Below, piece by piece: positions 1 to 10,791 of a DNA stretch of 64,000 nucleotides (the stretch's first letter is position 1; each line of letters starts with the position of its first letter). Below the pieces are notes generated by a model. That model was not told where the DNA came from. It worked only from the letters and a program-made list of their open reading frames with translations, and did not search any database. Origin of the DNA: an uncultured Methanosarcinaceae archaeon (GTDB lineage: Archaea; Halobacteriota; Methanosarcinia; Methanosarcinales; Methanosarcinaceae); NCBI GenBank assembly GCA_963733675.1, contig CAVTET010000001.1:736001-800000 (forward strand), written 5' to 3'. A program made the position numbers and the translations under genes.

Positions 1-2
1 CC

Positions 3-716
3 ATCCAGACAAGGGAAGCCATCCAAAATTCTTTCTTCTTGCTCATAAACGATGTAAAGTGGTACCAAAGGAGAGGTGGAGAGAATCTGTTATACGATGT
101 GCTTGATAATTGGGTCAGGCTCCTAGCTCCCTTTATCCCACATATTTGTGAGGAAATTTGGGAGGCTATGGGACACGAAGATCCTGTTTCCCTTGTACAG
201 TACCCTCTCTATAATGAAGATCTAACGAACGATGGCGCAGAACTCATCGAAGAAATTATTAGAGACACTCTGGCTGACATTGAAGAAATAATAAGAGTAA
301 CAAAGATGACTCCGCAGAAAGTCCACCTATATACAGCGCCTGCCTGGAAACTATCAGTTGTAAAAAAATATATGTGTGGAATTGCCCTAAAACCTTCTAT
401 TGAGGCAGGCACTTTTATTAAAACCCTTATGGGAAATCCTGAACTAAGAGTATTTGGAAAAGAAATTCCAAAGTTAGTTCAAAAGATTATTACCGAGTTC
501 AAAAGCGGAGGTGCAGAAAGGTATGAGATTTTCGATGGCCTTGGTTTAGGTGAGCAGGACCTTCTGAAAGAGTCATCTTCGTTCCTGGAAAAAGAAATAG
601 GCTGTCCTGTTGAGATTCACAGTGCAGATTCTCCAACTTATGACCCAGAAAAGAAGTCCAGGTTTGCGGAGCCTCTTAGGCCTGCTATTTATATTGAAGG
701 AAAGAACGGAGGATAA
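3..716 (+). CDS. leuS: Leucyl-tRNA synthetase, C-terminal part (5' end outside the window)
   Basis: Class Ia anticodon-binding motif WVRLLAPFIPHICEEIW and the archaeal LeuRS tail YDPEKKSRFAEPLRPAIYIE. Confidence 0.9.
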   Translation: MQTREAIQNSFFLLINDVKWYQRRGGENLLYDVLDNWVRLLAPFIPHICEEIWEAMGHEDPVSLVQYPLYNEDLTNDGAELIEEIIRDTLADIEEIIRVTKMTPQKVHLYTAPAWKLSVVKKYMCGIALKPSIEAGTFIKTLMGNPELRVFGKEIPKLVQKIITEFKSGGAERYEIFDGLGLGEQDLLKESSSFLEKEIGCPVEIHSADSPTYDPEKKSRFAEPLRPAIYIEGKNGG

Positions 717-757
717 AAGAAGCCATTTAGGCTTCTAGGCTTTTTCATGCTTTTTTA
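716..757 (+). terminator. Putative terminator after leuS
   Basis: Short AGCC/GGCT stem followed by T-runs directly after the stop codon. Confidence 0.35.
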
Positions 758-894
758 GACTATTTTGATGCTTTAACTCCAAATCATTTCTCTATTTTAC
801 ATTGGAAACAGTAGTCTTAATTTCTGTAGTTTCGAAGACTACTCTTATTCGGTCCAATTTTTCCTCAATGGTTCACAAGAGAAAACTTCATCTA

Positions 895-1037
895 TCTGGA
901 ATTTTGCAGATGCACATAGATATAAAATTCATTTGCTTATTTGTCCACCATTGGTCATTGAAAGCTAGATTAATTTTTAAGCTACTTTCATATTGAGAGA
1001 ATAGATGGTATTCTTGTGTACATTTGCATAAAGTGAA
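895..1037. mobile_element. ~143-bp MITE-like repeat, family B, copy 1
   Basis: Aligns by eye with 8635-8777 and the reverse complement of 28472-28618; degenerate terminal IR TGCAGATGCACA...TGTACATTTGCA. Confidence 0.7.
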
Positions 1038-1500
1038 TTTTCTCCTTAAGGTTTTCAATTTTCTGTTTTCTCCAAGTGAGATTTATGTTCTTTATTTTTC
1101 TTAAGAGAATATTTATCTATAAGAGATGTGTTCACATAAGGCAACCTCTTATGTTTACTCTGCATGTGGGAGATACCTCAATCAAAGCTCGAAATAGGAA
1201 TAATTCTAAAATTATATTGATTTTTAAGGAAATAAAGGTACATGTAATCTTGAAATACAGGTCTATAGACTCTTTAGCATCTTATGGGATAGGAAAATTC
1301 ATCATTATTTCCCACTATCTACGGCTAGAAAGAATTCAAAAACAGAATATAATAAAAATTTTAAGATTCAGGATGTAATACTCTCACTTTAAAACATGTT
1401 TACTTTAAACGTAATCACTTATGTACAAGCTTATATCTGATTGGTAAAGCTTATGTCCGAATATTCTTGTAATTAATCTTGTAATCTCAGGGGGAAAAAA

Positions 1501-2460
1501 ATGGATTTTCATGCTTCTATTAAAAAACTTACAACTTCAGTCAAAAGTGCAAAAATAGTCCCGAATATGACTGTAGATGAGCTTGTAACTGAATACGGTG
1601 GTTGTGCCTTTGGAGCAGGCAGGCTGGCTGAGGCTGTGGACATATATTATGAGATGCTGGGTTCCGAAAAAACGACTAAATTTTTTGGACTCGCAGGTGC
1701 CATGACTCCTGCAGGCATGAGAATAATCATTGCGGATCTTATACGCGATGGGCACATCGATGTCCTTGTAACTACTGGAGCTAATATGGTTCATGATACA
1801 GTTGAAGCTCTGGGTCTTCACCACTATAAGGATACTGATTGTTCAAATGATATCCAGCTGAGACATGAATGTATAAACAGAATTTATGATGTATATCTTC
1901 CTGACCAGCATTTTGCCGATCTTGAGGAGTTTTTGCAGAGAGTTTATGCCGGGCTTCCGGAGGAAAAGCTTTCTATCCGGCAAGTCCTTACAGAAATAGG
2001 GAATAACCTGGATGATGAATCTTCCATTTTGAAAACCGCAGCCGAGCTGGAAGTTCCAATTTATTGCCCCGCCCTACAGGACTCTGTTATGGGTCTTCAA
2101 GCATGGTTGTACAAGGAAGGAAATCCTCTGCATGTAGATGCTTTTGCTGATATGCACGAATACATGGAAATATGCTATGAGGCTGAAAGTGCTGGTGTAT
2201 TGTTGCTTGGGGGTGGAGTCCCAAAAAACTATATTCTCCAGTCCATGCTTGTGACTCCTAAGTCTTTTGACTATGCAATTCAACTTACAATGGATAGCCC
2301 TGAAACAGGCGGTTTGAGTGGGGCAACTCTTGACGAAGCCAAGTCTTGGGGAAAGGTAGGCGAAAATGCGAAATCAGTAACTGTATATGCAGACGCAACT
2401 ATCACTCTTCCGATAATGGTCGCAGCTGTGCGGACTCGTCTTTTAAAAGATGTGATTTAA
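1501..2460 (+). CDS. dhs: Deoxyhypusine synthase
   Basis: Motifs [50 protein letters not shown]. Confidence 0.93.
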   Translation: MDFHASIKKLTTSVKSAKIVPNMTVDELVTEYGGCAFGAGRLAEAVDIYYEMLGSEKTTKFFGLAGAMTPAGMRIIIADLIRDGHIDVLVTTGANMVHDTVEALGLHHYKDTDCSNDIQLRHECINRIYDVYLPDQHFADLEEFLQRVYAGLPEEKLSIRQVLTEIGNNLDDESSILKTAAELEVPIYCPALQDSVMGLQAWLYKEGNPLHVDAFADMHEYMEICYEAESAGVLLLGGGVPKNYILQSMLVTPKSFDYAIQLTMDSPETGGLSGATLDEAKSWGKVGENAKSVTVYADATITLPIMVAAVRTRLLKDVI

Positions 2461-3125
2461 TGGAAAAGAATACATGTATAATTCTTGCCCTGGACGTACC
2501 CGAGAGGGAAGAAGCACTGAGAATTGCGGAAGATGTTCAGGAATTTGTAGATGGAATAAAAGTAGGTTATCCTCTAATACTTGCCACAGGGCTTGAGATT
2601 ATCAGGGAACTTGCCAATTTTGCCCCTGTAATAGCAGATTTCAAGGTTGCAGATATCCCAAATACCAACCGCCTTATCTGTGAGCAGGTTTTTGAAGCAG
2701 GAGCAAATGCAATTATTGTTCAGGGTTTTACTGGGAGAGACAGCCTTGATGCCTGCATTGAAGTAGCCTTCAAGTTTGGAAAAGATGTTTTTGTTGTAAC
2801 TGAAATGAGCCATCCGGGTGGAGCCGAATTTCTGCAGCCTGCAGCAGAAATAATCGCAAAGATGGCTGCTGAAGCAGGAGCTTTCGGGCTTGTTGCTCCT
2901 GCCACCAGGCCTGAAAGGATAAAAAAGCTTAGAAATATTATTGGAGACGAACTTGCTATTATTTCCCCTGGAGTAGGTGCTCAGGGAGGAGTAGCCTCTA
3001 AAGCGATTTCTGCAGGTGCAGACTGGGTAATTGTAGGAAGGACTATATATGGGGCAGAATCACCAAAAAAAGCTGTTTACGAGATTGTTAAGGAAATTGA
3101 TACTGAGCTTAGAGGGGATAGCTGA
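2460..3125 (+). CDS. pyrF: Orotidine 5'-phosphate decarboxylase
   Basis: [30 protein letters not shown]; start ATG overlaps the dhs stop (TAATG). Confidence 0.95.
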   Translation: MEKNTCIILALDVPEREEALRIAEDVQEFVDGIKVGYPLILATGLEIIRELANFAPVIADFKVADIPNTNRLICEQVFEAGANAIIVQGFTGRDSLDACIEVAFKFGKDVFVVTEMSHPGGAEFLQPAAEIIAKMAAEAGAFGLVAPATRPERIKKLRNIIGDELAIISPGVGAQGGVASKAISAGADWVIVGRTIYGAESPKKAVYEIVKEIDTELRGDS

Positions 3126-3155
3126 AGAGTATTTTTCTGAAATGTATTTCTATTG

Positions 3156-3238
3156 GGACTTTGATAAATCTATAAATTTCGTCGTATGCTTATAAATGTT
3201 ATATACCTGACTTGTGAATCAGAGGTTTATCAAAATGC
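3156..3238 (+). mobile_element. ~85-bp IS5-type MITE, family A, copy 1
   Basis: IR GGACTTTGATAAA...GGTTTATCAAAATGC and core TTTCGTCGTATGCTTATAAA; 30 bp after the pyrF stop. Confidence 0.8.
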
Positions 3239-3453
3239 CTTTATATTAACCATATGTTATTTGAACATAAATCAGATGCCTATGATGAAAAATTTAGCTG
3301 ATTCCATGATGAACCCTATGAGTTCTGAGGCATCAAAATTGAGTGGCTCGTAAATCAAATACTAAGAAAACCAAGAGTAAGCAGGTTTATATTAGCGAAT
3401 GCTGAAATGTTTTAATGCGACTAAGAAATTTCAAGATTTAATAGAGAAATTCT

Positions 3454-4099
3454 GGTTCCGTTGCAAAAAATCCTTTCTAATGATACAATAGAATAAAAAG
3501 AAAACCAAAGATAGTAACATGCTATCTAATTCCTTTAAATGGAAGCATTATGAAGGGGAAATTATCTTATTGAATGTAAGATGGTACTTAAAATATGTAT
3601 TAAGTTATAGAAATTTAAAGGAAATGATGGCAGAAAGGGGAGTAAAAGTCGACCATACAACAATCATGAGATGGGTACATCAATATTCCCCTGAAATAGA
3701 AAAGAAGATAAGAAGACATTTAAGACCAACAAATGATTCGTGGAGAGTTGATGAAACCTATATCAAAGTAAAAGGTAAATGGAAATATTTTTACCGAGCA
3801 GTTGACTCAAATGGAGATACAATTGATTTCATGTTAAGTTCAAAACGAGATAGAAAGGCAGCGAAGAGATTCTTTAAGAAAGCTTTAAGTTCTAATCATA
3901 ATCAAATTCCAAGATTAATAACCGTTGATAAGAATCCAGCTTATCCACCTGCTATAGATAAACTAAAAATTGATAAAATACTACCTAAAAACGTAGGCAT
4001 TCGACAAATCAAGTATTTGAATAACATTATAGAACAAGATCACAGATCTATAAAGAGAATCGTTAATCCAATGTTAGGATTTCAGTCTTTTCGATCTGC
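3454..4099 (+). mobile_element. IS6-family element, 3'-truncated (transposase ORF 3519-4118 runs into an inserted MITE)
   Basis: Left IR GGTTCCGTTGCAAAAA; IS6 DDE motifs WRVDETYIK, YRAVD, NNIIEQDHR; nearly identical to 39859-40711. Confidence 0.92.
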
Positions 4100-4249
4100 G
4101 GTTCCGTTGCAAAAATAATATTTCTGCATTTTGACACTATAATTTTCACCTTTATGTATCATTTTCTTTCTAATGAATATGATTAACTTTCCTAATTGTG
4201 AAGGTTTTTTCTGATTTTGCAAGAAAGCCATATTTTTTGCAACGGAATC
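4100..4249. mobile_element. 150-bp non-coding MITE with IS6-type inverted repeats
   Basis: Starts GGTTCCGTTGCAAAAA and ends TTTTTGCAACGGAATC; AT-rich interior with no ORF. Confidence 0.85.
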
Positions 4250-4970
4250 TTATTTCAGGAATCTCTTCCTGGAAGGCCGTTAATCAAATCATAGAAAACC
4301 TTTTCACAAAATGTTCGTGATAAAGGTATTCTGATAAGATGGGCCATGGACTGAAAAATATCTCGAATCACTACATTCAAGCTTCAAATATGTCTTAAAT
4401 CTATAGATCACCTGGCAATGAAATCGAAGCTTTGGAGAAATAAAGTTTTAATTATTTTCATGAAAAGTGTAGACTGGAAATGAGTATTTTAATGTCAGTT
4501 CCTAGTATTGGATAAATTGGTGCACAACTTTAATTGCTGAAATAGGCAATAGCAAGATTTTTTCTTCAGGGAATAAGCTTGCTCCTTAGATTGAAATGGT
4601 TCCATATGGAGATCAATCTGAGGATAAATTTTACAACTGTAAATGTCTAAAAAGTGAATCAAAGAAAGCAAGGTGGAGCCTAATCCAAATTACTCATAAA
4701 TCAGCAGGAAAGAAGAGTAGCAATTTAAAAGAGTTGTTTAATCGTAAGAAAAAAAATCAATAGACCTGAAAGACAATTAATTGCATCGGAAAGGAGAATT
4801 GACACAATAATACAACATATGATTACAGATGACAAGATCTACAAAGATGAAACTGGATATCAAAAGGAGGGAACTCAAAAGAGGTAAATTGTTGAGGTTG
4901 AGACATTCTAGGTTGAGAAATATATAAACATAATTAGTGAAATTATCACAGTTATGGAAAAAGAGTACTT
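4250..4970 (+). pseudogene. IS110-family transposase remnant (C-terminal half)
   Basis: Fragments EMSILMSVPSIG, TLIAEIG, SSGNKLA, DQSEDKFY, ARWSLIQI, LKELFNRKKK with many stops and frameshifts. Confidence 0.8.
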
Positions 4971-5201
4971 AAGTAACCCAGTTTAGTTACATACTTTCAT
5001 GTTAAAGATATCATCTTTGTTTAAATAAGTTCTTATTAAAACTGTAATTGGACTTTAGTTAAATAAATATTTTTATTAAAATTAATCTTTTAATAAATAA
5101 ATTCATAGCAGTTTGAAATTTAATATACATATCAAAAAGCTATTTATATTGGGCTATACTATCAATTTCTTGGAGATATTTTATCATATGTTGGAATTTT
5201 T

Positions 5202-5411
5202 ATGTTACTAAGTGTCATACCTTATAATACTATAATTCCTTATGTACTTCAGTAATTTTGGGGCTTATTTATACTTCTTTCTTTAAAAGAGGTTATGTTA
5301 TCATCAGAAGCATGGGACACATATCTTAATAGTTCTTTTAATCTGGCAATCACACCTCTACTTTTTTGTCTTGCAGCGATCATCTGTTACAAACTTGGAG
5401 CTATTATTTAA
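5202..5411 (+). pseudogene. Small hydrophobic (membrane) protein gene with one in-frame TAA
   Basis: 70-codon frame MLLSVIPYNTIIPYVLQ*FWGLFILLSLKEVMLSSEAWDTYLNSSFNLAITPLLFCLAAIICYKLGAII with two hydrophobic segments. Confidence 0.5.
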
Positions 5412-6149
5412 CTTCAAACTAGATAGGGGTTTTAATAAGACACATGTAAATTTGTAATATTAAGAAGTAAAAAGTTCATATTTTGTTTGCTATCCACATT
5501 TTTTTTATTTGGATTGCTTATTTGTCCAGTAGAAGCGTTGATTATAAGGGGTATTTTTCTGTCAAAACAAGTGCTCTGAGATCTCATGACAATGAATGGT
5601 ACTGCATCACTGGGCTAAATGCCAGATTGCTTTTGAAAAGAGTGCCCTGTTTCCTAGGGTATGTATCAACTCTTTATTGATGGTATAAAACTAGATGGTA
5701 CAGATCGTTCTACTGTCAAGGCTTATGGAGTACAGGATTTGCACTTGGAGATAAAAAAATATCATATGGCTCAACTTCCAGTCAGAAGGTTTTGGAGGAA
5801 TCGCACCAAAGCTAGCACATATGTCCTACACTCGAATTACGATGTTCACATCTACGGTATTGTCAGCGGAACTTCTCCGATTGTGTACATTACACTTACA
5901 TATTTTCAGGATTCTCATTCGAAGACCTATGAGGATCCTGAAAATAGGTAAGTGAAATTGGGACAAAAGGATGTAATTTTCATAATTTATTCGCTCGAAA
6001 GATCTAAGCGAGCGAATCGGACTTTTTGATAGTGAAGCTAAATTCTGCTGGCGATGCATTTACATGCAAGGTGAACATACAATGTGTAGAATTCCAACAA
6101 AAAGGAAGATATGCTAAAAATCATATCAGAAAATTATAGAGGATTAGGA

Positions 6150-6617
6150 ATGACTGTGTGGAAAGAAAAGAAAGTGGTTCTGCATACAACTATGGGCGAC
6201 ATAACAATTAAGTTTTCTGAAGACATGCCAATAACAGTAGGAAACTTTGCAAAACTTGTGGACAAAGGATTCTATGATGGAATTATCTTCCACAGGATCA
6301 TCGATAAATTTATGATTCAAAGCGGGGATCCCACCGGAACGGGTATGGGAGGCCCAGGATATGAAATCCCAGACGAATTCACAAAGGATAACCATAACTA
6401 TAGGGGAACTATCGCAATGGCAAATGTAGGCCCAAATACGGGAGGCAGTCAGTTCTTTATCAACCTTGTGGACAATAACTATCTCGACAAAATGCATCCT
6501 GTTTTCGGGAAGGTAATAGCCGGCATGGAAGTTGTGGATGATATTGGAAAGGTGAAAACTGACCGTCAAGATAGCCCTAAAACGGAAGTTAAAATTATAA
6601 AGGCTGAACTGGTATAA
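6150..6617 (+). CDS. ppiB: Cyclophilin-type peptidyl-prolyl cis-trans isomerase
   Basis: FYDGIIFHRIIDKFMIQSGDP, GTIAMAN, GGSQFFIN, HPVFGKV; GAGGA upstream of the ATG at 6150. Confidence 0.93.
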   Translation: MTVWKEKKVVLHTTMGDITIKFSEDMPITVGNFAKLVDKGFYDGIIFHRIIDKFMIQSGDPTGTGMGGPGYEIPDEFTKDNHNYRGTIAMANVGPNTGGSQFFINLVDNNYLDKMHPVFGKVIAGMEVVDDIGKVKTDRQDSPKTEVKIIKAELV

Positions 6618-6642
6618 AGTTTCTTATTTTGAGTCATTTTAG

Positions 6643-6727
6643 ATATTTCGATAAACCCTTGATTTTCACGAGTTATGATATTATTATTTATAATCATATG
6701 AAGAAATTTAGGGAATTATTAAGATTT
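6643..6727 (-). mobile_element. ~85-bp MITE, family A, copy 2
   Basis: ATTTCGATAAACC...GATTTTCACGAG...CATATGAAGAAATTTAGG; 25 bp after the cyclophilin stop. Confidence 0.8.
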
Positions 6728-7062
6728 TTTTTAATATTAATTTAGTGCATTGGAGATTTTCAACATTTTTTGCCACAATCAATATTTATTCATTATGCAA
6801 GATTTGTTTTATTAAAAGAACATTGTCATACAAAAAGTGGCTCATCTTATTTTAAATATGAAGAAACAACTGTTATAGGATAAATATAATGTTATATTTA
6901 ATTTATAATGGAAATATAAGAGAACTACTGTTATACTTGATATTTCATGCACTATCAAAGCACTAATATATTCTATTAAAATGTAAAATGTACTCAGTAT
7001 ATCATACTGATAGCTTCACTTATCTTATAGATAGGAACTTTATTTCCAGAGGTGTCTGACAT

Positions 7063-8250
7063 ATGGACTTCGATGCAATTGATGATTTTGTACATAAAAT
7101 AATTGGGATAATTGGATCGGATAAAAGAAACCTCCTCTGCGCCGTCACTTTTGCTATTGAACATGCAGACAAGATGTCCTTTCCACCCGAACTCTTGTTT
7201 GAGATTTCTAATGCTTGTAAAAAGCAGAAAATGTTTATGGCAGAGTACGTTTTTGCAAAGGCTTGTTTTTCAAAGGCTTGTGGGGGAATCCGTGAAGAAG
7301 CTTGTGTCGCAATGGGTACCGCAGCACATTTTATGGGTTTTTCCCTCGAAACTGAAACAAGCTATATCGAAATTCTAAAAGAAACCCCTGATAATGCGGA
7401 TGTCAGATGTGCATATGCAGAGCTTTTGTTTGAACTCAAAAAGATCACGGAAGCTGAAAAGGAATATAAAACGATACTTAAAACCTTTTCAACACATTTA
7501 AAAGCAAATACCGGATATGCTTATCTCTTAGCCGAATATGGCTACACGAGAGAAGCAGAAGAATACTATTCCAGAGCACTTGATGTTGATCCTAATTATG
7601 TACCTGCCAGAGGTGGGTATGCAAATCTTCTTTTTAAAATTGGAAGAATCAGAGATGCTGAAAAAGAATATAAACTTGCAATGAAACTAGACCCTGAAGA
7701 CCCAAGCCTACATCACAACTGTGGTGCTTTACTCTATTTCCTAGGACGTTATTCAGAAGCCGAAGTTGAGTACAGAAAAGCTCTTGACCTGGACCCGAGG
7801 CAAAGACGAACTCTCTTCAATTACGGAAACCTTCTCGCAAGAGAAGGCAGATTTTCGGAAGCACAGGCACATTATTTGGAAGCACTTACCCTTGATCAAA
7901 ATGATGCAAAAATTCATTCCAATTATGCGAATCTTTTGGCCCGCTTTGGAAGAAGACACGAAGCTGAAATAGAATATAATAAAGCTCTCAGTTTGGATAC
8001 TGAAAGTACAGAAGGGCATTATAGCTATGGAAACCTACTTTTGGAGATGGCGCGCTTATCAGAAGCTGAAATTGAGTACAAAAAAGCTATTGATCTAAAC
8101 CCGTATTATCCTCCTATTCACTATAGTTATGGTCTTCTTATGAGAAAAATGGGACGCTTTGAAGAAGCCAAAAAACAGTACATAAAAGCCATGCAACTTG
8201 ACCCTGATATAGGAAGTAAAATGATAGAAACTTGGATTATTCTTGATTGA
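7063..8250 (+). CDS. Tetratricopeptide repeat protein
   Basis: About 8 consecutive 34-aa repeats (NYGNLL..GR..EAE.EY.KAL.LDP); GAGGTG ribosome-binding site. Confidence 0.9.
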   Translation: MDFDAIDDFVHKIIGIIGSDKRNLLCAVTFAIEHADKMSFPPELLFEISNACKKQKMFMAEYVFAKACFSKACGGIREEACVAMGTAAHFMGFSLETETSYIEILKETPDNADVRCAYAELLFELKKITEAEKEYKTILKTFSTHLKANTGYAYLLAEYGYTREAEEYYSRALDVDPNYVPARGGYANLLFKIGRIRDAEKEYKLAMKLDPEDPSLHHNCGALLYFLGRYSEAEVEYRKALDLDPRQRRTLFNYGNLLAREGRFSEAQAHYLEALTLDQNDAKIHSNYANLLARFGRRHEAEIEYNKALSLDTESTEGHYSYGNLLLEMARLSEAEIEYKKAIDLNPYYPPIHYSYGLLMRKMGRFEEAKKQYIKAMQLDPDIGSKMIETWIILD

Positions 8251-8258
8251 ATTAAAGA

Positions 8259-8342
8259 GAATTTCGATAAACGCCTAAATTTCGTCATATGATTATAAAC
8301 AATAATATCATAATTCGTGGAAATCAGAGATTATCGAAATCC
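8259..8342 (+). mobile_element. ~85-bp MITE, family A, copy 3
   Basis: GAATTTCGATAAAC...TTATCGAAATCC; 8 bp after the TPR gene stop. Confidence 0.85.
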
Positions 8343-8634
8343 ACTAAAAATTTGTTTTGTTTGAAAAATCCAATATTCCACATTTTGCTAAAAATTTCGC
8401 CTCTACTTTTATTTCATCCATTTACCCAATACATTCAATCACTGTTCTAACTCTTAACTTTCGTTTCAGTCATCCTTCGATGAGAAGTACAAATATATTA
8501 AATTTGAACTTTTTCTCACCTATAACCTTATGTCCTCATTTAACCATATATAATTTTTTTTACCAAGGCACCTCACTTCTTCCCCACAAAAACTATATCA
8601 GCCTATAAAAAGATATCATATTAACATTTTTAGA

Positions 8635-8777
8635 CCCGCCACTCTACAGATGTGCATGTATGTAGAAATTATTTTCCTATTTGCACACTATCATTCATTG
8701 AAACTGAGCTTAATTTTTAAGTTACTGTCATATTGAGAAAATAGATGGCACTCTTGTATACATCAGCGGAAACTAGG
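8635..8777. mobile_element. ~143-bp MITE-like repeat, family B, copy 2
   Basis: Shares core TTAATTTTTAAG.TACT.TCATATTGAGA.AATAGATGG with 895-1037; right end CATCAGCGGAAACTAGG. Confidence 0.72.
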
Positions 8778-9103
8778 ATTTATATTAAACTAACGAATTG
8801 ATTACAATTCCAAAAACATAAATTGTTTTGAAAGCGAATATTCATATATAAGGTATTTACATTATAGTCCACTGAAGTAAAAAGTACAGAATAAGCTTCC
8901 TCTTCCTTTTTAGTGTGTTCCATGTGTTTGTTCTTTCAATTTTGAATTTGTGATTAATGAAAAGATTTATGCATTTGAAAATAAATACATTTTTCTAAGT
9001 TTTAGAATTGTCAATTTTTATGTGAGGTATAAGCAATAATAGATATCAAGTTGATCTTTTACTAAGTTTTTGATGTAACTATAAGTCTCAAAATATGACA
9101 TCT

Positions 9104-9194
9104 TTTAATATCATCTGGAGTCATCAAAATTTATCATTAATTCAGCTAGCAATTGACTGCAATTAATCAAAGAAAACAGAAAATAATAAAAAGT
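9104..9194. repeat. Left arm of a 91-bp inverted repeat (partner 10511-10601)
   Basis: Reverse complement of 10511-10601 with one mismatch (position 9131). Confidence 0.95.
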
Positions 9195-9604
9195 CTCAAC
9201 TTCTACCAAAACTTATTCCCCTAAATAACAAATAGTTAATTAATTTTTAAAGTTTTGATCTTTAGCATCATCTTCAGAAAAGACATAATTGGGATCTTTT
9301 TTCGCTCCCTCCATATATTAAAAATTTTAACAATGCTAGTGTGGATTAAATAGTTCTTGAAGGTTCCTATTCTTACTTTAGGTGAAATATTTTCAGATTC
9401 TTTTTTTCTATAACACCACAAACTTTCTGTACACTCTGATTTTGAAAGCTATCGAAAATTTTGTAAATTCTAAATGGGTCCATACTCTTTGTCTACACAA
9501 CAGAAAAACAGGATTTATTTTTTCATCGATACATAGTTTTTGTGCTAAAATCTCTGAATTTCTGAAGTTCAATCCAGAATAAGAAAAACATTGATGAGTT
9601 ATTA

Positions 9605-9658
9605 CTTATGGAGCTTATGGGCCTCATAGAGCATATGGATCTCATGGAACACTTTGAA
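9605..9658. repeat. Degenerate 9-bp tandem repeat, 6 units
   Basis: CTTATGGAG CTTATGGGC CTCATAGAG CATATGGAT CTCATGGAA CACTTTGAA. Confidence 0.6.
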
Positions 9659-10510
9659 TTAATTAAACTAAATCAAAATCCAAAATAGAAATTTTCAGAA
9701 AAAAATGGGGTAGTAATTTTAAATAAAATTAAAAACATGAATCAACTGAATCAGAAAGTTAATTTTTTGGTACCACACTCTCACGTAACAAATTTCTACC
9801 AAAGTTCTCTATCTTTTTACTTTCAGTAGAATAACTTTTTGAGATATTTTTTCATACTGTTTACATTTTTATATCTGAATATCAGTGAAGCAGCAATCTT
9901 TAATCCCAAGAAGTTGCTGTTATGGTTAGTGGGACCAGGATTACGTACATTTGAAACTAATTAGTTGACATTATTGCTATATCGAGTATGTGAAAACACA
10001 GATATTATATCATTCTCAGCTAACATATCATGATGCATAAATGCACCATGGAATAGATCCTAAAATAAAATGTTTTAGTGTAGTTATTGTCTGTAAGTGA
10101 ACATTTGTCATGGAACTCTCCAGATCTTCTCCCAGGCTGCAGATATCTCTTTCCTGCAACTTATAAGATAGACTTTTTTGAGACATCATTGATAACTATA
10201 AGACTTCAATCATCCACTGCTGTTGTCATGGTTAAGAAATAAAATTAAGAGATGTAGGTGGAAGCTCACCTTGATCTATCCAGGGTTTTATTTCCAATAT
10301 TTCTCTCCATTTCTATAAATACGATCCTTCAGTTCCATATGAAGACCCTTCAGCCCGATCTGACGATTCTTCAGCTGCGTCAGGCGATATGCACTTCGAT
10401 TTTATTTTTAAAAGTATATGATGTTGTAAATTCTATTCTCTTTTGATGTACTTAGATGTACATGCTTAAAGATGTTTATTTTTGTCACCGTAGTTATTTT
10501 AAATTAAGAA

Positions 10511-10601
10511 ACTTTTTATTATTTTCTGTTTTCTTTGATTAATTGCAGTCAATTGCTAGCTGAATTAATGATATATTTTGATGACTCCAGATGATATTAA
10601 A
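10511..10601. repeat. Right arm of the 91-bp inverted repeat (partner 9104-9194)
   Basis: Direct sequence comparison. Confidence 0.95.
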
Positions 10602-10791
10602 TAATTTCTAAATGTATAAATGATTTCTCAAAAATCTCTATACTTTGTTCAAATGCACTCTTTTTAGCTACCCTGCACACAGGTAACCAAACAAAAAACC
10701 ATACAATGTAGTGAATAATAATGCTCAGATCAAGTATACAGCTTGTCTGATAGATATCAATTCATTTTTCTGGACAACATACTTTTGATTC

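Noticed and set aside
5483-5951. Short ORFs here and at 19230-19448, 22634-22906, 42545-42748 and 46168-46386 as genes
   Set aside because: No recognisable motifs; probably unidentified pseudogene debris or chance ORFs.
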